A stretch of 62,923 bases of DNA, counting the filler, from Syncephalis fuscata S228 (taxonomy: Eukaryota; Fungi; Zoopagomycota): NCBI GenBank assembly GCA_025786725.1. It is 5 parts of 5 records of this genome, joined end to end, with 100 filler letters (N's around TTAATTAATTAA, not from the genome) between each part and the next. Parts side by side here need not be neighbours in the genome. Positions count along the whole stretch, not along the records: positions 39,811 to 54,374 come from JAHLTZ010000229.1; positions 54,475 to 62,923 come from JAHLTZ010000318.1; 3 more parts are not named here. One strand, given 5' to 3'. The notes under the pieces were generated by a model. That model was not told the origin of the DNA. It saw nothing but the letters and a program-made list of their open reading frames with translations, and searched no databases. The number at the start of each line of letters is the position of its first letter. Position 1 is the first letter of the stretch. Below are positions 49,527-62,923 of this stretch, one piece after another. The position numbers and the translations under genes were made by a program.

Positions 49527-50694
49527 TTACATTGCCGCAATTATTATAGCTAAAAGTATAACGGTTAGAATGTTAATGGCACACATATATGACCAGTATC
49601 TTTCTCGGGGGATTTTGGAGCGTATCCAAAACAAACCAAATACCCAAAGCAATGGAAAGAGCCACCCAAAAAGCCAGAATACCATAACAAGAGGAATTGT
49701 TGTATTGTTTGAAATTGAAACTGTATCTCCTTGTCGTCTCCAGCGGCTATCACGGAGCGCCTCTTCATCTACTGGATCCTCCACTATGGTAAACCTTCCA
49801 TGAGAAGCCACTGTGTATGTGCCTGGAGGCAAGCTTGTGTACACGGGACTTGGAGTGTAGCCCGGCGGTGGTAGCTCGGGACTATACGGCCGATTAGTAG
49901 TTTTTGGTGGCGACAAGTGATAATGATACTCAGGAGGTGGAAACATAGTGGCTTCTGAGCCTGTGTTGCTATTCATAGCATGTGCTGGAACTGAAGCATC
50001 AGGTTTTCTGATGTGACTATGTCGGTGAGGAATAGCAGGAAGTGAATTTGCATGACTATTCACGTTATTTAAGTCTGTATATTGCATTGAAGTGCCAATG
50101 TTCGACGTATGACCTGTGGAGTCATCGTGGCCATTCTGACGCTGTGTACTTGTAATCATATACGCCGGTGGTGGCGACCCACTACGTGAAATTTCACTTA
50201 TATTGGTATTGGATTGGCGAGCAGAAGTATGTTCATTAAGTGATCCAGTGTCTGTTGTTGGCTGTCTTGTTCTTATAGCTACATTACTAGTTGTTTGCTA
50301 TCCAATGAAATTAAATTTAAAATATATAGTTAGTATTTTACTGCTGTCTAATTATAACAAATTGCTTTTAGCTTAATATACTTACTTCGGGTTGACCATG
50401 TACTACTTGAGGGACATTATCGATGGAATTGTCATGTTCACTGCTTTTATCGGATGATGATTGTTCTGAAGAGGCCCTTGATATTATATCAAATTGGCTC
50501 GAATCGCTGCTATGTGATATAGCTGAATTCTCGATTTCTGCCACAGCCTGACTATTAACAACTTTTGGCTCGGGAGCCTCCAAGTTAACATTGAGAAATC
50601 CATTTTTGACTTGAGACGATATAGAGGAACTTGATAATGTAGAATCTTCTTCCTGCTCATCAGGCGACCTCTTGTATTCACTGTTGTTATCCAT
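49527..50694 (-). CDS. PY-motif protein with C-terminal TM hairpin, 359 aa, 2 exons
   Basis: Exons 50694-50386 and 50297-49527 join in phase 0; PPPAY, PPPEY, PPPGY; FWLFGWLFPLLWVFGLFW...YWSYMCAIN. Confidence 0.8.
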
Positions 50695-51395
50695 TGCGTA
50701 TCAAAAACTAAATTTAAAAAAATACAAAGTAAAAGCAAATAAAGTTAAACAATGTCTTGTTACATTTTTGCTTCATCTACCGTCACACCTTTGTTTCACT
50801 TATTGTCGCATAACTTACTAGAAAGCCTTAAATTACTTGCTCAAATGTAAATACTAAATGTTTAGATAGGTACCATAAGAAAAATATAGTGCTTATTTGC
50901 TCAATAAAATAACAACAGACTATATAATAAAATAAGTTGTGAGTTCAAAATGTTTGAAAAATAAAATAATATTGCGATAATTACAAATACTTTTGTCATG
51001 AAACATGTCTCACGTACAGCTATCTAAGGCTAAAGTTTACGTATTCTTAATTTTGAGTTTGTAATTATTAACAAATAACAAACTAGATTATACATTAAAA
51101 TAAGGAAATAATTATTTTATTAGCATTTGCTAATAAAACTTTCAGATAAAATTGCCATTATATCGTGTTATAATCATACCGCTCCTTTGTCATTAAAAAT
51201 TGAATAGCCATAGCAAGAAACTATATGAATAATTTGGTTAATTTGTTTTAAAAAACAACATTAGTTTAAAACTTACCTTCAATACCATGGCAATAGATGG
51301 CTAAAATTCTTACTAGTCAGCCTTCAAAACTACTTTGATTAACTGCCATATCTTTAAAAAACATTAGCCAAATAAATCGGAAGCCATTTACTAGC

Positions 51396-52013
51396 CTACC
51401 TGATGCCGACGACTATTGAGACGATAAGCGATGACAACGCAAAACAAAAGTTGATCCAGGCCCAAAAGCGCACACGCGAATGGCGAGAAGTTAGCCAGTA
51501 ACTGCCGATAAACCATAGGATAGGAAAGCAGAAACCAAAGATAAACAGCCAAAAGGTTACCGGCAAGCCACAGCAGCTGGGAGCTGATCCTCTTGCGCCT
51601 GGATTTTCATCTGGATCAAAACCACGCGCTTGCTCCAAATTATTGGGCGTGTTTTCTAACACTACCATCGGCGGTGCCACATGTCCCTTTTCCTTTATAT
51701 AAACACCTTGTTCTTTGCTAGCGACAACTGGCATTGTAAATGGATGTGTATCTTTTTCTTCGTGTACTTTATCTGGATAGAAAGGTGCAGTATATGTATA
51801 GTTTTCTGAGGTGGCTGCATGCTCATTGTCCTTGGATGACAGTTTACTACCATGATCTTCGGTTAAACTGACTTCATCCCAAGGCAAGTGCTTTGTATCC
51901 GATTCCAGTGGTTCTGTTTTATCGATTGCCAAGTATTCATCAACAATCTCCTTTCCCTTAGCAGATTTATTGCTTGGCGCACCAGACGATAATGGGACCA
52001 TAGGAATTGACAT
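51396..52013 (-). CDS. Membrane protein with the same C-terminal TM hairpin, 205 aa
   Basis: CCGLPVTFWLFIFGFCFPILWFIGSYW...FWAWIN. Confidence 0.8.
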   Translation of the reverse strand: MSIPMVPLSSGAPSNKSAKGKEIVDEYLAIDKTEPLESDTKHLPWDEVSLTEDHGSKLSSKDNEHAATSENYTYTAPFYPDKVHEEKDTHPFTMPVVASKEQGVYIKEKGHVAPPMVVLENTPNNLEQARGFDPDENPGARGSAPSCCGLPVTFWLFIFGFCFPILWFIGSYWLTSRHSRVRFWAWINFCFALSSLIVSIVVGIR

Positions 52014-53260
52014 TTCACGCCAAGGCTATAGCTACTGCTGCTAGTTGAATATTTTTATGAATGATCAAAATAGCTGCTAAAATAGAGGTGTTTTTTTGTA
52101 TATATTATATCTGGATATTATGAATAGCAGCTGATTTAATGTTGCTTTAGTGATAACTGACTTGCAGCTATACGAATTTAATCCATAGAAAATGTGATAT
52201 TGGGAGAGTGACAGTAAACAAAGATTGTACAAGTCAATTATAAAAGCTATTTGACGCCACCAGTGCGCAAATACAACAATAACAAAGATCTTGGTTTAAA
52301 AGCGACAAAAGAAAATAGCAAAAGCAGAATATACTAATCCAGCGTTTAAATAATTGTCGACAAGTAATTACTGACTGCCATGCCATTTATGAATATTTTG
52401 GCGTGGCGTCTTTAGTTTGTGACGCACTAGATCGTTGCATTGCGTCATTTTTGAGTATATTTTGTATATTAAATTATCAATTATACAACGAAAAAATAAA
52501 GGTTGTGAAATATTTATGATGTTGTAGTTGCTATGGTTTTCAATTTAGTAGAGATTTTACATGTTTATATTATTTTATTTACAAGTCTGTTGATATAAGC
52601 GCATTTACTTCATTTAGAATTACTTCTATAAAACTTAATTTTACTAGTACTAAATTTTTAATACTGGAAATACTAATCAACTGCTATTTCACTAAATAGT
52701 GGCGATAAAAGCTTGAAACTATTGTGAATGTATATGGTGTTTGTAGTAGTATTTTTGCAGCTATTTTAAAAATGACAACGTATGGCAATAACACACCAGT
52801 TGATCGTATAATAAAATATGCATAACATTATTCTGTAGCAACAAAGGCACTAAAGCTATTGTGCAAATGGCTTGTATAGCTGAATAAGAACAATAGCGGC
52901 AGCATGGCCATTGATGGCCAATAAGTGCAGCAGTGGCAACACTTGGCTGCCATCAAATGTTATTGGTGCCCATCAATATCTAGCTAATTCTAATTTAGTT
53001 GACGAATACCAGCAAGCGGAATAAGAAGCAACAAATTATTTGACGTCTTCCTATCGTGTTGGACAGTTTGCCACATCTTGACATTCATTATACCATTTAC
53101 TCGCTTGTTGCCGATATTCCTACTTTATATAAGCTTGCACATGTGTGTATTTATTATTGCCAACATTATTAGTATTCTCCAACTGTAACGACAGCACTCA
53201 TTGCTATTAGTGTTATTTAAACAGCATTTTAAATTTGGAATAGGCGGCGCTGTCGTATTT

Positions 53261-54352
53261 ATGCCGACGCAACTTTACACAGCTCCTTATCTCTTTTTCC
53301 TCCTCTATCTACCTTCATCTTGCAGTCATCAAACGTAGCAAAGTGCAGTACACTTGTTTTTTGGTACAAGATATTGTAATTCCATTCAATTCAGCGTGAT
53401 ATTCAACGATGCGATTTGCCTGGAGCTTGATAGGCATCGTTTTCCTTATCATAGGCAATATTGTATACATACAAGGCGAGGTGACTCTACTGGTAAGTAT
53501 AACAACGATAGTGTTGTATACTGGCTTACCAACAATGATTTTATGATGTAGGATTCAAAACAACGATATACAGTAAGTGACCATAATCAGCTGAATTATT
53601 AGTTAACGAATATTTGTATGAAATTAGTCGTGTAGTGCTCGATTTGGAGGAAGATTGGTGGCATCTTATGCACCACGCGATGTCACTCAAGACAGTGGCT
53701 GGGTGTGGTCCTTTTGGAACAAGCTACTAAATTACCACACCAAAGGCATTTTATTAAGTAGAAAGCTGATACGACAGCTAGAATACCAGATAGAAAAAGC
53801 CATAACAGTAGCTTTTACTTCGCGTCTAATCATTTATGAAAATACCACAACCGGAAAAGATATAAAAGAAACAACTGCAGTTGATAATCAGTTTCAACAA
53901 GAGGACGATACCACCTCATCAGACCATTCGGCTACTTCATTTCCACCCCCCAGTCCAATTCGTCTATTTACTAGTGTTACAGGCCCGATTGTTCCATTTG
54001 AACTTGTTCAGCGAGGCAATCGGCGTGGCTGTCATCCAGTTACGCCATCAGAAGTTGATAAAATGCTAATGGAAAACAATATATCTATCGAAACTCGCTT
54101 TTCCAGCGATGAAGCGATAAAAACCAATACGTTTAGCGCTGGCTATTTATCAACTACATCAAGTGATAATAATAGCGAGCCTATCGACAAAATACCTTCA
54201 CTGTTGGATACTCATGGATGGATAGCATTAATAGAACGTGGTAACTGTGGTTTTATAGAAAAAATACGTCACGCACAAACTGCTGGCGCTTCAGCCGTTA
54301 TTATCGGCAACCATGAAGGCATTGGACTGATATATCTCTTGATTGCTGATGG
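53261..54352 (+). CDS. 5' part of a PA-domain protein (possibly PA-TM-RING E3 ligase), truncated by gap
   Basis: WIALIERGNCGFIEKIRHAQTAGASAVIIGN is a PA-domain signature; start and upstream exons uncertain. Confidence 0.65.
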
Positions 54353-55519
54353 TAAGCCCAATTAAAATTTTGATNNNNNNNNNNNNNNNNNNNNNNNNNN
54401 NNNNNNNNNNNNNNNNNNTTAATTAATTAANNNNNNNNNNNNNNNNNNNNNNNNNNNNNNNNNNNNNNNNNNNNAGTTTATACGACTAAAAGTATGAGTA
54501 AATGGGTTTCTCGCCTATTAAGATTGATACCATATGGTATATTACAGTGCGTATATGTTGTACTGGGCCCCAATACTAGTTTATACAAGGTCTCAAATAC
54601 GCTAATTGGATAATAAGTTTATGGGTACTATTGCTATGCGATATGTTCTATGAATTATAAAGCTTGTATTTATTGCAGACTACAGGGCAAAACATAGGTG
54701 AGTTAAATTATTTTGATTTGTTAGCCATATAATAAAGATTGGCATTATAGCAAATGAATAGAATTATGTAATATACTAAAACTATACCCTATATTGTTAA
54801 GATTATCAGTTAGGCAATAGGTTGTAAATACTTGTGATAATGCTTAATTTTAATGCTGAATGTACAAGACATATTGTATAATTGTTGCATCACATTTAGT
54901 ATCTTTCCAAACGTGTGCAGAATGGTAAATTTAGGTTACTAGTAAATTGAAATCAAAATGTGTGCAGATATTATTGAGTTTATTTATAAAATTTTAAAAC
55001 GTGAAATAGTTTATATTATTCTTTTGTACAATTAATGTTGGTATCAAGTGTTTTTACATGCATTTGTAGTCCGTTGCTTAGCTGATGATTTCTAACAATA
55101 TATAATATGCTTTTTAATACATTATACATTTCTCGTCATTTTGCTATAATGCTGATCTTTATTTTATAGCCAACAAATCAAAAATAGCTAATTCGCCTTT
55201 GTTTGCCTTGTATTATGCACCAAATACAGGTTTACTGCGGATAGATCATGTCGCGTGACAGTAATACACGCATGTTTATTGGCCAATTAGCCTACTCGAA
55301 AACTTGTATAGACTAGCATTGGAATGCCAGCATAACATACATTTACTGCAATATATACCATGGCATCGGCTTCTAATAGGCGAAACCCCATTTACTTATT
55401 TTTCTTAGTCGCATATAATCTTAAACTTGCAATAGTTATCCAACCTCTTAATCTTTTATTATTCTTATTATTATCCAAATAAGATATCTTGTTTATAATA
55501 TATAAAATCAACAACAACA

Positions 55520-56533
55520 ATGCCATTTACTGATGATAGTGAAGGTGTAAACCTCAAGCGACTGCATAGTATTGCAAAAGAATGGAATACAACTATTGAT
55601 TCGCTTGGTACTATACCATTATACGATTTTTACATGAAAGTTACTGATGATATCCATGAACAACGCGATCGATTATCGGCTACTCAAATGCAAATAGTAT
55701 TGTCAACTGCAGTAATGTATGTATCTATACACAACTGCATTACTGCCGGCAGAATGATCATAGCACGACCAAATACATTAGCTGCATGGTGCTGTTTGAT
55801 TCCATCTTTTGTAGGCATTTTATCTGCGATATTCGTTGCAAATGAGATGTTAGGCGGTTCAGCGACTTGTCGAGACACCCTGGTGGTAGCTTTGGTTGGA
55901 ATGGTCCTTGTTAATCCATGTAACAGCTTGGTTTTACTTCAAAAAACATACTTAATACTTTCACGTCCAAAATGGATTATATGCATTGGCATTCCAATTA
56001 TACTAGTCCAACTAAGCTACATAAGTGCTCTTTTCTATAGTATATTTACTTACGAGCCAAAATTCGGCTGCATAGATTATTATCCAAAAATATTTATATG
56101 GTATTGGTTTTCTATTTCTATGCCTGGTAACATACTGTTTTCTGTCCTTTTTAGTCGGATTGCACTAAAACAATACAGGCTTTTTGGATCGGACATGTGG
56201 AAACGATTGGCACGCGATGGTTTACAAATAATGTCCATGACTGTGCTGTGCAATACTATATGCTCTGCGGTCATTGCGTTCCGAATTGGAGAAAACAATT
56301 CTGAACTATTCTTTACTGTAGACTGGTAAGAAATGCTACTATATGCTGCTAAATACACTAACTTATGAGTTTATAGGATAGTTGTTGCTACATTATTAGC
56401 CAAACATTGTGAAATAATGCGCAGAACTGGGGGCGAATCAAATCGGCCCAGGACCGAATATATGTTTGGTGTATCACAGATCGCAACCGTGGCTTTAGTA
56501 CCAGAAAATGATAGTTTGGGATATAAAATATAA
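55520..56533 (+). CDS. Multi-pass (about 7 TM) membrane protein, 2 exons
   Basis: Exons 55520-56325 and 56377-56533; repeated hydrophobic helices, loop Cys pair, WKRLARDG motif. Confidence 0.8.
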
Positions 56534-57679
56534 ATCGCTTTTTATATATCGTAAGAATTATAATTAAATTAATAAGCGGTAGCAACTATAAATGTATATA
56601 TTTAAAATATAATGTACGAAAATTGTTAATCTTTAGTTTTTAGAGGCTATTCACTTATCTAGACATTTTTGTGTAAATGGAGACTAACATTATAAACAGG
56701 ATTAAAAACATTTAACATAATGTTATATTGTAAACCATAAACCGGACAATACGCTATAAATACGCGTGAGAATGCTTAGTCTCAACACTGGACAACACAG
56801 AAGATATTGTATGAATAATTACACGTTTGAGCAAAATGTTAAATTAAATGCATTGGCTTATATTGTCACAATAGGAGCAGCGCTGGGACGTATCAAGCCA
56901 ACACTGGATATCTGATAAAATAAACTAATAAAAAGACACTTGAAAGCTAAGTAAAATAATACTAATGATTTTCATTGATAATGAAAAATAATGAATATTT
57001 ACATTAGTTAGTTAAAGCGGTAAAATGTCTTTTAAGTACCCATGCATTTGTTCGCGTCGATCGTTGACACGAATACTTTGTTTGTGTTACATCATAATAT
57101 TCCCTATATCGATTAATACTGAAAATATTATTATATAAACTACGAATAGTTTTATTATGTAAAGTGTTAAATTATTTATGTTGTAAACATAATTAACTAA
57201 TCGCAAAATGAGCACTGATACTAATTATCATGCCGACAACACAATTTGATAAATATTCAGCAAGCATTGTGGAGTCATGCAATTATAAATATTATCTTAG
57301 TAGCTTGCAGAATTAATATTCAAAGTATCATATAAACTGTGACGATAGTAGCAACTCTAACACACAAATTAATTACATTATTCCTACTATTATTATTATA
57401 CTATAAGTATCAAATTAGCGTATAAATTATTTTATTAAGTAGAATATTTATTACATTTGAATTACTCAATATACATATTCATTTGAAAAAACCTTTTATT
57501 GTTTCAATCACAATTGCGCATCCAATTAATGCAAGTTGGGCGACACATATGATTATAATCGAAATCAACTATTACAATACCAAAAGATCAAACATAGCAT
57601 CGTCAACTCAGCTACTGTTATCATTTCAATCAGTCCCATCATAACAATAAGCGCACAGATAAACAAAACTAGCGAGTAA

Positions 57680-58398
57680 TTATTTCTTGCCGCTCTTGCC
57701 ACGGCTTGATGTACGCTTTCGCTCTTCTTCTTCACGGATCAGCTCTGCCGCTAGTCGCTCGCGTTCCCGATCGGCCCGTTCCTTCTCCTCTTCTTCCGCT
57801 TGTTGCTGCTCTTCACGTTCTCGTTGCTCTTGGAGCGCTTGTTCATTTTCCTGTTCTTTTTGCATTTCCTCCATTTCACGCTGCTGCTCTTTCTGTCGCT
57901 CGTGCATTACCATTTCCGATGCTGTCTGGAAGATTTGCTGGCCCCAGCCTTCTTTTAGACGATTAGCCTCCTGGACAACCTCCATCAACTCTAATTCCAT
58001 TTCGTCTTCAGCCGCTTGGAACTGATTCCAAACATCTTCGCCAATCTGGCCACTTTTAACCAAAGTGCTAAGCGAAGGCTTTTGCTCTCGCAACTCATAT
58101 ATACGACCAACATCCTCCATGGCGCGGCGCACTAGTGCGGTCTTTAAATCAGCCTCAGAGGCTTCGGGCTCTTGTTCTTGCAAATCATAATACTGTTCAC
58201 GCGTTTTGTGTTCAGGAAACCAGCCTTCTGCCACTCGATTTACTGGCCGTGCGTAATAGATAAGGTAAGTTAGTTAGCATTAGATATGTTGTCACTTTAG
58301 CACTTACCAGTGGCTTTACGCTTGTGATAACAGTAAGCAAATGTGCCAAATACAACCGCCAGTCCGGTCATATACGCAGAAGCAAGTCCTAGAGACAT
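57680..58398 (-). CDS. SEC66: Sec62/63 complex subunit Sec66 (Sec71)
   Basis: Exon 58398-58308 (N-terminal TM) plus 58242-57680: WFPEHKTREQYYDL, LKTALVRRAMED, EVVQEANRLKEGWGQQIFQTASEM. Confidence 0.9.
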
Positions 58399-59372
58399 TG
58401 TGCAGTGATCTTAATGCAATAGTTTGATGAGTCGAGTCGAATAGACGCCAGTAGAAGGTAGACGAATGCGCAAAACAAAAGAACAAAAAGTAACAAGGGG
58501 ATTGATAGCTATGGCTACAAACATAAACAGTGCTCTATTGGAACTGAGTGCGTACCATGTGTGGTATAGATTATGTGTGGCGAGAGCTGATTGGGGAAAT
58601 GTCCTCATTCCCACAAGTGTTTATTAATGACTGCCCAGTCAGATCAATACGATGAAGGGCCTTGTCTATTGACATGTCACAACTAACAACCCGTCGATGA
58701 TGAGTGGGAGCTAAACGCATAGCTCGTATCTGCAGTAGTGATACTGTAGATCGGTGTCCTGGTTATTTATTTAATCTGGGTACGTGTGCGCGAGGAGTGT
58801 TCGCCCCCAAATACCACCTTTTTACGGATACTCTTACTCCTATCTGAGCGGTGTTTTATAGTTATAATTTAAATAGAACAAGAAACAATTGATAGATAAC
58901 AATGGATTGGTGCAGTTGTATATAAATTGCATTACATGTGTTAAGTAGACAGGTATGCAGTATTGTGTTTTTATTTCAACTACGTAATATAGGTGATATA
59001 GATTACTGCTTATCAGTAATAGTCAAACAAATAAAATCGCTTAAACTGCATAAACTATTGTAGCAATAAATAGAAATGCAATTTATTTATCATAAATAGT
59101 TTGTATAGTTGGAGACACTATTAATAGCGTAGATCATTAATTATAAACGAACAAAATAGTGGTAAAATATGATTAGCACACAATTTTAATGAGTACCGTT
59201 TTGGACAGTATAGACACTGCCAACAACTGTTCATAAGTAATATCTCCTTTTCCCATTTAACACCAATTTACTTTTGTATAAATTAACAATGCATTTAAGC
59301 TGTAAGTACGCTTGATCTTTAAACGCCTTTTATAAGGCATGATAGATGTTTTATATTAACCATTTCAATAGC

Positions 59373-61359
59373 TGCCGACTACTACATTCACAGTCTGCCC
59401 GGTCTTCCTTCGAATGTAACAATTCGACAATACTCGGGGTAATAGGACACCAGTCTGCAATTAGAGTCACTGCGAACTAACAAAAGTCTAGGCATATTCC
59501 TCTAGACGACCAGCATGGAACAAATTTGTTTTTTTGGCTGGTAACAAAACAAGAATTTCAATCTAAAGATCGCTTGGTATGTTAGAACGTGCTATGTTAT
59601 CAATCGGCTAATAAACCGGCTATTTGTAGGTGATATGGTTTAATGGAGGTAAGCTACAGTTGTTAATAAAATGTCAAATACAAAGTGTTGAGCTTATTAT
59701 AGGTCCAGGATGGTAGGTGTTTACTTATTGTTAGGTAGACAAACAAATACTGACAATGGTATGGATATACAACGATAAAGTTCAAGGCAAGTGTTATTTA
59801 ATCATATTAATTGATTTAATTAACCTGTGGCAATATCAATGATACAGTATGGATGGTGTGTTTATGGAAAATGGCCCATATCGACCCCGAAAAGATCTTC
59901 AGCTTGATATTAATCCGTATAGTTGGCACAAATATGCCAGTGTTTTATTTGGTAAATAGATTGTCATGCCATCATTAATGAAAACTAATGACAATGATAG
60001 TGGATCAGCCAGTAGGTACAGGATTTAGTTATTCTGAGAGTAAAAGCAACGTACACGATCTTCCAAGTGTGGCAAGAGATATGCGTCTATTTCTTAAGAA
60101 ATTTATGCAAATATTTCCCGAGTATAGCAATAGCGAGGTAGTTTGGCAAAATGACATGATTTAATGGCAGGCATTGATTGATTGATTAGATATACTTGGC
60201 CGGCGAGAGTTATGCAGGTGTATATATTCCGTATATCGCAAAAGAGTTGGTAGATGCTAGCGAGAAACCAAATACCGACTTTAAAGTAAGAGCAAAATGG
60301 TTATTAATAATTAGTATTAACATAAAAGTTTAGGTAAATTTAGCAGGATTGGCCTTAGGTAATGGCTGGATCGATAGTTATACGATTGTAAGAGTTGCAG
60401 AAACAAAAAAAGTTATATACTAATAATGGATTTATACGCTAGTATATGAGCTATGTTGAATTTGCTGAGAAATATAACTTAATGAGCGGCGAAAGTTTGG
60501 TAGGTTAACCAATAGAATGGTGATAAATGTTATTTATTAGCCATATATATATATATTGTAGGAACAAGCCAAACAGTATACCAAAGAATGTGATTTAGAA
60601 TATAAAAAGTATGGCGAGAAAATTAAATATGATAAATGTGAAAAGATATTTAGTACAATTCTTGATTCATCAATTCAAATGTATGTAATGTCATTTATCG
60701 ACCATTTTATATCATTATTAATCCATATATACTAGTGACAAGGCTGGCAATAAAACATGCTTGAATATCTATGATAAGCGATTGCGCGACCCATATCCGC
60801 AGTGTGGTATGGCGTGGCCTCCTATTCTGCCGTATGTTTACTCCTACTTGAAGGCAAGTATTAGAGTAGTTTATTCGTGTATCTGAATGTATTAACAATG
60901 GCTAGGACACAGCGTAAAGATGTAGTAAAAGCAATCCATGCTGAGAAAAAGCCTACCGAATGGATTGAATGTGATAATACCGTTTTAACCTCTTTAGAGA
61001 GGGATAGAAGCAATTCTTCTCATCTGGTAAGCATAACAATAACGATAACACTAGCAATAGTAGAACACAGAGTGTCATATTTAATTTAATGCTATTTATT
61101 ATTAGCTTTTACCAGATCTGTTAAAGAAAATGCGAGTGCTATTTTTTGTGTATGTTTTAGTAATATTAAGCTTCTATAACTGACTTTTATATTTATAAAT
61201 TGTTTTTATTTTTATAGAGGCGACGAAGATACATTATGTAATCGTATAGGACTAGAACATACCATTGAGCGCATGACGTGGAATGGTAAAAAAGGATTTC
61301 AGGTAAAATGATTAATTGTAATTATTTTAAATTACTACTACTACTACTACTACTACTAC

Positions 61360-61390
<31 letters not shown>

Positions 61391-61944
61391 TAGAATACAC
61401 CTCAGTTCTTTTGGAAAATTGAAAATAAATCTGTTGGCTTATGGCAGGAGGATCGTAATGTTACCTATGCCCGTATATTTCATGGAAGCCACATGCTGGC
61501 AGTTGACAACTCACTCGAAGCATTCGATATGATGAATCGGTTCATGGGTATAGAAAATACATCATTAGCATCTGAAATATTAACTGCTGTAAGCATTGTG
61601 TCTAGCATAATTGAATATATTATTTTTAACAATTTAATATAGAGCGCGGTAATTTCAAAACTAGAACATAACAAAAATGGAGAATCCACGGGTACAGTGC
61701 AAGTATTACAGACAAGCATTTTAATTATTCTGTATTAACAATCAAATATGCGTTTAGTGCCAATCTGTTCTGGGTAGTTGGTGTTATAGCAGTGCTGGGT
61801 CTGTTTGCCACTTATTTTGTTCATCGGCAACGGCGTAGATCAGCGAGAAAGCCAGTGATAGAAGAGGAAGCACTTATGTTTTCGTCAGAGCTCGAGCCAA
61901 TCCGAACAGAATCAAATGAGCCGGAATCATTGCACGATAATTAA
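59373..61944 (+). CDS. KEX1: Kex1-like S10 serine carboxypeptidase with C-terminal TM (many exons; true start upstream, not resolved)
   Basis: DYYIHSLPGLP, WFNGGPGCSSMDGVFMENGP, DQPVGTGFSY, AGESYAG (Ser), GDEDTLCN (Asp), GSHMLAVD (His), TM LFWVVGVIAVLGLF. Confidence 0.85.
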
Positions 61945-62184
61945 TATATTCGTATATATACACACATATATATATATTTGAACATTGGTGAATAACTACA
62001 CTGATTCGTGCTTTTAACTCTTTAAGCATCAATCTTTACTATAAATTAATTTATCAAAATTATAAAGTTAATTATGATGATTTTTACTTAGTAGCACATG
62101 CAAGACTTGGAATAAAAGTGGGCAATGATTATTGTTTGAGAATGCAATTAATATTTTGTTCAATAAATACACCCAATAAATGGA

Positions 62185-62866
62185 TTATTTTCTAGAATTA
62201 GCGTGACGAGTGTAGCGCGGATAAGTGTGACGATACATAAGACGCCATACTTCCCAGCGTGCCTCCTCGAACATGTTTGGACTCCAGTTGTTTTCACGTA
62301 CACGCTCATCAATTGCATTTCGCATTCGGTGGGGTATATTGACTTCCAGTGGGGCACCATTTTGAAGAAAAGCCTCGTAAATCTTGCTCAGTTCCTCGCG
62401 TGTTTGGGAAGAGCAATGACGTCGTGTATGATGAGTACCTTCCATAACACTACGACAACGGTCGTAAAAAAGCGGATTTTCTACACTAAATTCACTCACT
62501 GCAAATCCACAAAACTATATTATTGTGCCAAATTGTTAATGACTATTGATTATATAATGTCCCATTTACCTTTTCAAAGTCATTGGGACGATGAAGAATA
62601 TCCATAAACCCGTCTTCAGATGTTGGGTCTCTTAAAAGATAGGTAAATGTCCAAACAACAGCCGTGGGTGAGATGACCGTCAGAAGGTGACCAGCCACCA
62701 AATAGAAGGCAAGCCAGTTGCCTAATGGCTGTATTGCCTCAACATGTTTTCGAATTAGTGGTGACGTAGACATTACTAATTGGAATAGCGATAGAAAAGC
62801 ACCGACTACCACAGTGGCACAAAGCTCAACGAACAAGCCATACGTGTCGGCTGAACGATAATAAAT
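62185..62866 (-). CDS. 3' part of a multi-TM protein with C-terminal RGS domain
   Basis: Exons 62866-62570 and 62514-62185: TM helices, then FEKFCGFAVSEFSVENPLFY, IYEAFLQNGAPLEVNIP, FEEARWEVWRLMYRHTYPRY. Confidence 0.85.
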
Positions 62867-62923
62867 CTAGTATAAATTTATATTTGTTTAACTTAAATGT
62901 AGCAGCGTATCTGTTTTACTTAC

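Noticed and set aside
14744-54474. TTAATTAATTAA motif inside the four N runs as a biological site
   Set aside because: Identical 100-nt artificial linker with stops in all six frames.
59373-61944. KEX1 as a dedicated processing partner of the peptide genes
   Set aside because: Housekeeping gene on another contig; the mature peptides have no C-terminal basic residues to trim.

Overview
AT-rich, intron-dense eukaryotic DNA, most consistent with an early-diverging fungus (Zoopagomycota/Syncephalis-like; inference from gene content, not verified). It consists of five contigs joined by four 100-nt N spacers containing TTAATTAATTAA, so adjacency across spacers is uncertain. Ordinary genes: isovaleryl-CoA dehydrogenase, FAM192A/Fyv6, F-BAR-DEP-RhoGAP, SEC66, KEX1-like carboxypeptidase, an RGS membrane protein, a secreted ricin-B lectin, three PY-motif membrane proteins and a linked 5S rRNA + tRNA-Gly. 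The main discovery is invisible to the ORF track: three paralogous secreted-peptide genes (17329-20653 +, 26339-27082 - truncated, 45133-46055 -) in which a signal/pro-peptide exon ending in RR is followed by a tandem array of ~80-bp GT-AG introns separated by 3-nt microexons, about one exon per amino acid. Splicing all units by hand gives stop-free Cys-patterned mature peptides: DPANCEACVKRCFATNPFWKTWGSYCRSDFCKDWCT (34 microexons), DPGECLVCV... (8 visible) and ARCSWPIKC (9). A tRNA-derived SINE sits at the same position of the intron unit in two of the loci.
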